Shown here: piece after piece, positions 54,794 to 61,801 of the stretch
How positions within the stretch are numbered: position 1 is the stretch's first letter
Layout of the letters: every line of letters begins with the position of its first letter
Virus record (IMG/VR): IMGVR_UViG_2061766007_002667
Reading direction: 5' to 3' (one strand)
DNA: 61,801 nucleotides
Source of the DNA: an uncultured virus (IMG/VR IMGVR_UViG_2061766007_002667)
Lineage: Duplodnaviria; Heunggongvirae; Uroviricota; Caudoviricetes
Position numbers and translations under genes: made by a program
Notes under the pieces: generated by a model
Seen by the model: the letters and a program-made list of their open reading frames with translations, nothing else
Databases searched by the model: none
What the model was told of the DNA's origin: nothing

Positions 54794-56440
54794 TTACATC
54801 ATTCCAGGCATCATATTAAGTGATACACCTTTATTTTCTTCAGGATCCGTTGTAATCATAACATTTGATGTTAAAACAACAGAAGCAATCGAAGAAGCTG
54901 CATAAATTGTACCTTTAACAACTTTAGTCGGATCTAAAATTCCATCTTCAATTAAATTAACAACTTTTAATGTTTTACCATTATATCCAACATTATAGTC
55001 TTTGTTTGATAAAACATCTTTCATAATTAATTCAACCGGTTGACCAACATTTTCAATAATGGCCTTAAATGGAGCTTTAAGAGCTAAAGCAAAAGTCTTA
55101 ATTCCTAGACTTTCATCATAATCTTCACCCTTTACTTCATTTTCTACTAAATCAGAAAGATATAATAAAGTATTCCCAGCACCTGGTAAATAACCTTCTT
55201 CTAATGCTGCTCTGACAGACCACGTAGCATCATCTAATCTATCACGAATTTCTTTAATTTCTTCTTCAGAAGAACCACCAACACGGATTACAGCAACACC
55301 AGTTGTTAATGAGGCGAGACGCTTCCCAAGCTGTTCTTTTTCCCAAGAATCATTTTCTTTTAATGCTCCAATTAAACCTTCAATCGCTTCAACACGTGCT
55401 TTAATTCTTACTGGATCTCCATGACCACCACTGATAACAGTTTCATCTTTTTTAATAAGAATTTTATCACAAGAACCAAAATCAGCAGAACTCATTGCTT
55501 CAAATTTAATACCCATCGGATCATCTCCGACTTCAGCACCAAGATAAATTCCCATATCACGCATAATATCAAGTCGTCTATCACCATATCCTGGAGCTTC
55601 TACACAAGCAATTTTCATTTGTCCACCAGAACGAATAATATTCATAGCAAGTGCTTGTGTAACAGAACTATCAAATGATTCTGCAATAATCACAAGAGGC
55701 TGACCTGATTGAATAACAGGTTGAATAATATTAACTAAACTACTAAAATTTGAAATCTTAGAATTACAAAGAATAATTTTAGGATTATCAAATTCAACAG
55801 TTTGTGCTTCATGATTATTTACAAAAAATTGTGAAGTCCAACCTTTATCAAATGTCATACCTTCTTTAAAAGCAAGTGAAATATCTCTATCTTTTGTTTC
55901 TTCAACAAGTACAACACCATCTTTTCCAACTTTTTGATACGCTTCTGCTACAACTGAACCTAATTTTTCATCACCGTTTGCAGAAACAGTAGCAATATAT
56001 TTAAGTTGCTCATTAGTTTCAATTGGTTTACTCATTTTTTCTAATTCTGAAATAACGTATTTCTGAACTTTTTCAATACCTTTACGAAAAGAAGTACGAT
56101 TTACTTTATTTTCAGACAATTCAATTTGACGAATACCTGTATTAACAATAGATTGAGCTAAAACTGTTGCTGTCGTTGTACCATCTCCAACAGCATCCAT
56201 TTGTTTTTGAGCCACTGAAATAGCAAGATCGGCACCTAATTTAATTTTTTCATCTTTTGGTGAAATTTCTTTAGCAACACTCACACCATCTTTTGTAATA
56301 AGTGGATTTTTATCTTCTCGTTGGATAACAACTGTTGTACCAGCTGGACCTAATGTTGCTCTAACAGCATTTCCAACCAAATTTAAGCCTTCTATTAAAT
56401 AATTTTGTGTATCTTTACCAAAATGGGCTGATTTACTCAT
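54794..56440 (-). CDS. groEL: Phage-encoded chaperonin GroEL
   Basis: TLGPAG, ITKDGVSVAKEI, GDGTTTATVLA, EGMTFDKG, APGYGDRR, GVAVIRVGG, GILDPTKV, Met/Gly tail. Confidence 0.97.
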   Translation of the reverse strand: MSKSAHFGKDTQNYLIEGLNLVGNAVRATLGPAGTTVVIQREDKNPLITKDGVSVAKEISPKDEKIKLGADLAISVAQKQMDAVGDGTTTATVLAQSIVNTGIRQIELSENKVNRTSFRKGIEKVQKYVISELEKMSKPIETNEQLKYIATVSANGDEKLGSVVAEAYQKVGKDGVVLVEETKDRDISLAFKEGMTFDKGWTSQFFVNNHEAQTVEFDNPKIILCNSKISNFSSLVNIIQPVIQSGQPLVIIAESFDSSVTQALAMNIIRSGGQMKIACVEAPGYGDRRLDIMRDMGIYLGAEVGDDPMGIKFEAMSSADFGSCDKILIKKDETVISGGHGDPVRIKARVEAIEGLIGALKENDSWEKEQLGKRLASLTTGVAVIRVGGSSEEEIKEIRDRLDDATWSVRAALEEGYLPGAGNTLLYLSDLVENEVKGEDYDESLGIKTFALALKAPFKAIIENVGQPVELIMKDVLSNKDYNVGYNGKTLKVVNLIEDGILDPTKVVKGTIYAASSIASVVLTSNVMITTDPEENKGVSLNMMPGMM

Positions 56441-56457
56441 TATTTACTTTCTCCTTT

Positions 56458-56799
56458 TTATCCATTTAATACTTGTTTTTTAGTTTCTTTTGTATTTTCT
56501 TCAATATAACCTTCTATTTCTTTGGCTACAATATCTGCAGCATTAACTCTAATTAACTTTTCGTTATTAAAATTAATTTTTGTACCTGAAATCTTAGGAA
56601 AGGCTACATGATCGCCAATAACAATATTTGTAGGAATAAATGAACCTTTATCCCAATAACCATCACTACAAGAAACCACTTCACCAAATGTAAAATCAAC
56701 ATCCAAAGAATCTGGAATATAAAAATCTCCAACTTTATTCTCTCTTTGAATTTCTTTTACAAAAACATTTTGTCCTAATGCAACATAAATTTTACTCAT
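56458..56799 (-). CDS. groES: Co-chaperonin GroES-like
   Basis: ALGQNVFVK...GDFYIPDS...GEVVSCSDG...GDHVAF.K.SGTKI...DIVAK; adjacent to groEL. Confidence 0.88.
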   Translation of the reverse strand: MSKIYVALGQNVFVKEIQRENKVGDFYIPDSLDVDFTFGEVVSCSDGYWDKGSFIPTNIVIGDHVAFPKISGTKINFNNEKLIRVNAADIVAKEIEGYIEENTKETKKQVLNG

Positions 56800-57016
56800 T
56801 TGCGTTTTCCTCAAAATATTCAATTATATTGTCTTTTCCACCAATAATAGTTTTATTATCATCTAAAACTAAAGTCGGTGTTTGTTTAATTTGTAATTTT
56901 TCTACTTCATCCATATGTTCTTCTGCTAAAACTTCATCTACTTGAATATTATTTTCATCAAGCCAAGTTTTAAGCATCTTACACGGCATACAAAATTTAC
57001 CTGTAAAAAGCTTCAT
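56792..57016 (-). CDS. Glutaredoxin/thioredoxin (NrdH-like)
   Basis: CMPC active site, QTPTLV. Confidence 0.85.
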   Translation of the reverse strand: MKLFTGKFCMPCKMLKTWLDENNIQVDEVLAEEHMDEVEKLQIKQTPTLVLDDNKTIIGGKDNIIEYFEENANE

Positions 57017-57031
57017 ATATAAAATCCTTTA

Positions 57032-57229
57032 CTAAAAATTAAAAAAATCTGTTATTTTAGCAAAAAAATTATTATTTTTCTTCTTTATTTCTTTTTCAGT
57101 AGACTTTAAAATAACTTTTTCTTGCTCTTTTGTATTAGAAGTTATTTCTTCAATATTTTCTACTGATTTTTTATCAATTTTTTTAACATTTTTTGCTTTT
57201 GCAGTAGTTTTTTTCTTTTTTACTACCAT
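57032..57229 (-). CDS. Small basic protein
   Basis: 65 aa, Lys-rich, GAGG RBS. Confidence 0.55.
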   Translation of the reverse strand: MVVKKKKTTAKAKNVKKIDKKSVENIEEITSNTKEQEKVILKSTEKEIKKKNNNFFAKITDFFNF

Positions 57230-57250
57230 TTTTACCTCTCTTTTATAAAA

Positions 57251-58771
57251 TTAAACAAAAATTAATTGTGCTGTATTATTTTCTTGTACAATAACATTTG
57301 CATGAGCCCATTTAGTCATACCTTTTTGATTATAACATAAGATAAGCTTTGACAATGTACCCGTATAANNNNNNNNNNNNNNNNNNNNNNNNNNNNNNNN
57401 NTGTGAATGTCCTACTATACAATTTTCAAAAGTTTTATTAAATCCGTTTGCATTACCGGAAGCTCCTGAAATACCTCCATCACCATGTTCAGATAAAACA
57501 AAACCATTTACTTCAAATTCACTATTTCTTGATAGCATTTCTACATTTTCAGGTAAAATTCCATCAAAAATATTTCCACCTTCTACATATTTAATAAAAA
57601 GCTTAGCTCCAAGTATTGAATTATGTCTATCTTTTACAAATTCGCCCTTTTCTAACCATTTTTCTATAAAGCAATCATGATTTGAATTAACAATTTTAAA
57701 ATTAACTTTAGGAAAAGCTTCTACTAATTTAAATAATCGTGTTAATACTGCTTTCAATTCGGTTTTTAAATCAGTTGTATTTTCTGTTTGATTTTTAACT
57801 TGTGAAAGATATTGCGTTGCTTCATGATGAGAAATACTATTCCAGGAGGCTAAATCATGAATCATAACATTTTGTGGTTTTAATTTTTCAATTAAATTAG
57901 AAGTTTTATTCATAGCAACAACATCTTCATCCGGAAAATGTAAATCACCTAAAACCATGGCTGGAATACTACTCACTTGATGAATGGTATCTTTAGTATA
58001 AACTTTATTTAAATCACAAATACACTCATTATTATATATAAGATTTCTTGTTATATATCTTTTATATTCATCATTCCATTCTAATAATATTGCACCGTAT
58101 TTATGATANNNNNNNNNNNNNNNNNNNNNNNNNNNNNNTACAGTATCTTTATAATCAATAAGTGATAAACCTCCAGTAGAACAGGCTACTCGATATGTAG
58201 TATATTGTTTATAAGGAAGAATCTGTAAATATTGTTTATTAGATCCTACAATTATTGTTTTAATATCTGTTGAAAATTTATCAAGATTTAATAATGGATT
58301 TTTTTGTGTCACTGGAATAAGAAAATCTTGTGCAATACAAGTTGGATCTTTTTTAAATTTAAATTGTGTTGCTAAATAAGGTGATAATAAATTATAAGTA
58401 GTTTCATCAAATGTTTTATTTCTTCTTTCTGATTTACCCCACAAAATTCCTAATTCAACTTTATTGTGCTTACAGTAATTTAATAAAGTATAAAAGAAAT
58501 CTTCATTAATATTTGTACCATCATTTACATAAGTAATTACAACTTTATTTATTTTTTCTGAAAATTCTTTAATTATATTATTACGTGTAACTAATAAAAC
58601 AACATTTGCATCATTAATAAAATTGGTCCAATTACCCCAAGCATTTTCAATTAAAGTAGAAGAATACTTTGGAGAAAGCTTTCTATATTCTGCTCTAGTT
58701 AATTTTTTATTTGATAAAGTACATAAATCGTTATAGTAATTTAAAATTTCTTGTTTATTATGATTACTCAT
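57251..58771 (-). CDS. Calcineurin-like metallophosphoesterase with N-terminal DNA-binding-like domain
   Basis: GDLH, IHD, SNHD, EHGD, VGHS motifs. Confidence 0.75.
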   Translation of the reverse strand: MSNHNKQEILNYYNDLCTLSNKKLTRAEYRKLSPKYSSTLIENAWGNWTNFINDANVVLLVTRNNIIKEFSEKINKVVITYVNDGTNINEDFFYTLLNYCKHNKVELGILWGKSERRNKTFDETTYNLLSPYLATQFKFKKDPTCIAQDFLIPVTQKNPLLNLDKFSTDIKTIIVGSNKQYLQILPYKQYTTYRVACSTGGLSLIDYKDTVXXXXXXXXXXYHKYGAILLEWNDEYKRYITRNLIYNNECICDLNKVYTKDTIHQVSSIPAMVLGDLHFPDEDVVAMNKTSNLIEKLKPQNVMIHDLASWNSISHHEATQYLSQVKNQTENTTDLKTELKAVLTRLFKLVEAFPKVNFKIVNSNHDCFIEKWLEKGEFVKDRHNSILGAKLFIKYVEGGNIFDGILPENVEMLSRNSEFEVNGFVLSEHGDGGISGASGNANGFNKTFENCIVGHSXXXXXXXXXXXXYTGTLSKLILCYNQKGMTKWAHANVIVQENNTAQLIFV

Positions 58772-59485
58772 TTATTTCTTACCTTTTTTATTTTTTTCTT
58801 TTAGTCTTAATTTACGTTCTTTTTCTTTTTTGGCTTTGTCTTTTAAATANNNNNNNNNNNNNNNNNNNNNNNNNNTTGTTCTGCTTCAGCTTTGTTTCGT
58901 TCAAACAAATCATATTCTACAACTTTATCACATAAACCATATTTTAAACAATCCTCTGCATTTAAATAACCTCTCTCGTCACTTTGTAAATCTTCTAAAA
59001 TTTTTGGTGACATCTTACCTTTTGAATTATCTAAATATAAACTTCTTAAATTATCTNNNNNNNNNNNNNNNNNNNNNNNNNNNAATTTCACTATGTTTCG
59101 TTGTCATATCCCAAATACATCCAAAATGAATTAAATGACGAGAAATATGACTCATGAATCTTTCATCACCTTGGACAGCAATCATAGAAGCTGCACTAGC
59201 AGCCAAACCTAAAGTAAATGTTAAAACATTAATGTTACTTAATTTAGCAATATTAATTAATCCTATTATAGTCATCATAGTATAAACACTACCACCTGGG
59301 CTATTAATAATAAATATAAGTGTTTTTCCTTGATTTTCTGGATTAAAAACAAATGTGCTTAAATCACCAATCAAATATGCACAATTTTNNNNNNNNNNNN
59401 NNNNNNNNNNNNNNNAAACTTTTTCACCAAACATATAATTTCTAGGTGATTGGTTTGTAAGAATATCAGTAGATCCTGTCCACAT
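58772..59485 (-). CDS. clpP: ClpP-like serine protease (joined across gaps)
   Basis: INSPGGSV, LAASAASMI (Ser), LIHFG (His), YLNAEDCLKYGLCDKV; Lys-rich tail to TAA 58772. Confidence 0.85.
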
Positions 59486-59578
59486 CTAAAATGCAATCTC
59501 CTTTTTTAAAAATACATATATAAGAACACCTAAGTTACTATTAAATCTAAATAAATATTTCCATTTCTAATTATTGCT

Positions 59579-59591
59579 GTTCTATAATATA
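59579..59591 (+). promoter_or_regulatory. Putative late promoter
   Basis: GTTCTATAATATA. Confidence 0.6.
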
Positions 59592-59625
59592 ACGTTGTAC
59601 AACAAAATTACATTAAAGGTAAAAA

Positions 59626-60012
59626 ATGACTTTCAGAGCTTTTGTCGAAGGATTAATAAGTAGCTCTAAAAACATTGAAAGAAATCCATATGACCTAAAT
59701 ACGGATTATATGAAAGCTGCTTTATGGAGACCAACTGAAGATAATTCTATTAAACCAGTCGGTGAATCTGAAGATTGGTTAAATCTTTGGAAAGAATCTA
59801 AAAAAAGACATATGTTTGAATCTGATGGAGAATGGTATGTTCGTTCTTCTGGTCAAGATTATGTTGTAACAAATGGTAAAGAAATAGATAGCGCTTATGA
59901 TTCTGATGAAAGACGAGAAGCAGAAGCTCGTGCTAATATGCTAAATAAGCAAAAAAATGAATCTTTTTCAGAATATTTACATAGACTTCAAGAAACTATA
60001 TGTAATAAATAG
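59626..60012 (+). CDS. Putative internal head protein
   Basis: MTFRAFVE leader and internal ESFSEYL..LQE, resembling the T4 capsid-targeting sequence. Confidence 0.5.
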   Translation: MTFRAFVEGLISSSKNIERNPYDLNTDYMKAALWRPTEDNSIKPVGESEDWLNLWKESKKRHMFESDGEWYVRSSGQDYVVTNGKEIDSAYDSDERREAEARANMLNKQKNESFSEYLHRLQETICNK

Positions 60013-60022
60013 GTAATAAAAC

Positions 60023-61801
60023 ATGAAAAGTTTTAAAGTTCAATCAAAATTTTTATCATCATTAAACGAAGCATTACAAAAAATGTCTTTAAATAATGAA
60101 ATTAAAATAATTAAAAATCCAATTTTAGAAGCTGATGGTAATTTTACATCTGTAATTCAATCAACTAATGAATTTAATCCTTCTAAAATTAATTCAAATG
60201 TATTTAGTGATGAAATCGAAGAAGATGAATCTTTAAAAGCTAAAAAATCAGAATTAACAGATCGCGTTATTGAAAAAATTAAACAGAGTGTTGATACAAA
60301 TAGTGAATTACAAAGTCTTTTAAATGATATTAAAAAATTAAATATCAAAACAAACGAAAATAATTGGGAATTAAATAAAGAAGATAATACTGCTCAATTA
60401 ACTTCAAAAAATGCCTATATTTTCAAACAAAATAATAATTTGTGTTTATCTCACAATGGTAAAGTTGAAATTTTTAAAACAGTTGAAGAATTACACAATT
60501 GGCTGAAACAAAATCATTATCCATTACCAAAAGATATTAAATTACATGAAGCAATTGATGATGGAACCTTCATTTCAAGAAAAAACAATAGAGAATTATC
60601 AGATTTTAGTAAATGGAATATTGAAAATAAAAATATAAAAAAGAAAAATATATTTCATACAGATCAAAAATTAGATAATTTAAAGAAAATTTTACATTAT
60701 TTTTTAATTAAATCTGATTTTGATAATCAGTATTATAAAAAAGCATATAAAACTATAGANNNNNNNNNNNNNNNNNNNNNNNNNNNNNTAATAATGTATT
60801 AAATGAGTTACATAATTTAAAAAGAGCTTTTGATAAAGATTCTTCTGAAGAATTAATAAATAGAAGAAAAGCTGGTTATGGTAAATGGTTTAATTATATT
60901 GATTTATCTAAACGTAATAAACTAATTAATCAATACAATAAAAATGATCAACAACCTATCGAAAAAGAAGAACCATATCAGCGTACTCATTATAAAATGG
61001 GTAAGAATGAATATAATAATACTAATTCTTTAGGTTTGTTTAATTTAAATCAAACTGGAGATTTAAATGCTTTTTCTAAAGATGATGCTTCTAAAGATAA
61101 ATTTAGTGTACGAGACCTTGAAAAAGTTAATGTTAAAAAAGAAGCACAATTAGAAGAAATTTGGTATTTAGAATATCAAAATGGAAATAATAAAGAATAT
61201 TTAGCACAAAATTGGAATAATCAAGATTTATTAACAGATAATCTAAGTGACGCTGCTAAATTTGTATCAAGAGAAGAAGCTCTAAACACTGCTTCTGATG
61301 TTTATGAAATACATGATACACAATTTCCTTTTAAACCGATTAATATAAAAAATGAAAGCTTAAATGAATGCGGTGTTTCATGTGGTATGTTAGGTTCTGC
61401 TGTTCAATACTTAGGAAATAAATCTAAAAAAGAATCAGTTAAAAGTAAATTTATTTCTCTTCTTGGAAAAAGATTAAAAGATATTACTTTAACAGAAGAT
61501 GATAAACCGGAAGATTTTGCAACAAACCTTGGAGCAACTTTAAATAATGCAACTTCAGAACTTTCTGGAGATACTAAGTCAACAGATGATATGTCTTTAG
61601 ATAATAATTCAAATGATTTAAATAATCAAGATGACTTAAATCTAGATAAAAAAGATAATGTTAGTTTTGATGATATAAATATTTCTAGCAGTGGTAATCC
61701 ATTAGAAGATGAATATGGTCCAGAAGAAGATAAACAAGATATTCCTATGGAACCTATTGATGAATATAAAATTGTAGATATATTATCTGATAGTAAAAAT
61801 C
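60023..61801 (+). CDS. Large acidic putative internal head protein (joined across gap; runs off window)
   Basis: Open frame resumes after 60790 to the window end; repeated LNE/LEE/LHE/LTE motifs. Confidence 0.55.

Noticed and set aside
52389..56480. Shared C-terminal KQxLNG in GroES and the 61-aa protein
   Set aside because: Two short instances only; could be chance or reflect an overlapping GGA RBS for the next gene
2388..60348. Short antisense or alternative-frame ORFs and mostly-X ORFs in the track (e.g. 5606, 6661, 7222, 12815, 18218, 27421, 29060, 38871, 46747, 55421, 60157)
   Set aside because: Shadows of well-supported genes or read-through of N runs
1..61801. Many apparent frameshifts or pseudogenes (Hef genes, AAA ATPase, sheath, holin, GTs, ClpP)
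   Set aside because: Every frame change coincides with an N run, so they are gap-length artefacts; only the terL break at 7479-7489 is in contiguous sequence
1..61801. Stop-codon reassignment, as in some gut jumbo phages
   Set aside because: Long genes are open in code 11, and TAG and TGA end genes at sensible places (e.g. 3831, 18647, 8837, 11016)
1..61801. CRISPR array, tRNA or rRNA genes
   Set aside because: No regularly spaced repeat-spacer pattern or cloverleaf seen in called bases; gaps cannot be assessed

Overview
A very AT-rich fragment of a large T4-like (Myoviridae-type, probably jumbo) phage genome, read with standard code 11. The host is probably Gram-negative (holin, two-component spanin, DUF3380 endolysin). 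The sequence has many N gaps whose lengths do not preserve frame, so several genes appear as fragments in the ORF track and are rejoined here by inference. The window is mostly late/morphogenesis genes scattered on both strands: small and large terminase, portal, a very long prohead protease, scaffold/internal head proteins, neck, tube, sheath, four related fibre/receptor-binding proteins and lysis genes. No major capsid protein is visible. It also carries a glycosyltransferase cluster, a ClpP/Grx/GroES/GroEL operon, thymidine kinase, a TnpB element and two Hef-like endonucleases. Main signals: (1) the terminase is broken by an apparently natural split intein whose N-half is fused to a GIY-YIG endonuclease; (2) a conserved GTTCTA+AT-rich motif precedes nearly every late transcription unit; (3) four unrelated fibre architectures share an N-terminal MxGYLYI(G/D) peptide; (4) a glycosylation operon carrying that motif sits among the fibre genes; (5) a probable ~1500-aa internal-head polyprotein contains a Pol-beta nucleotidyltransferase. 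All family assignments are from motif recognition by eye; no searches were run.
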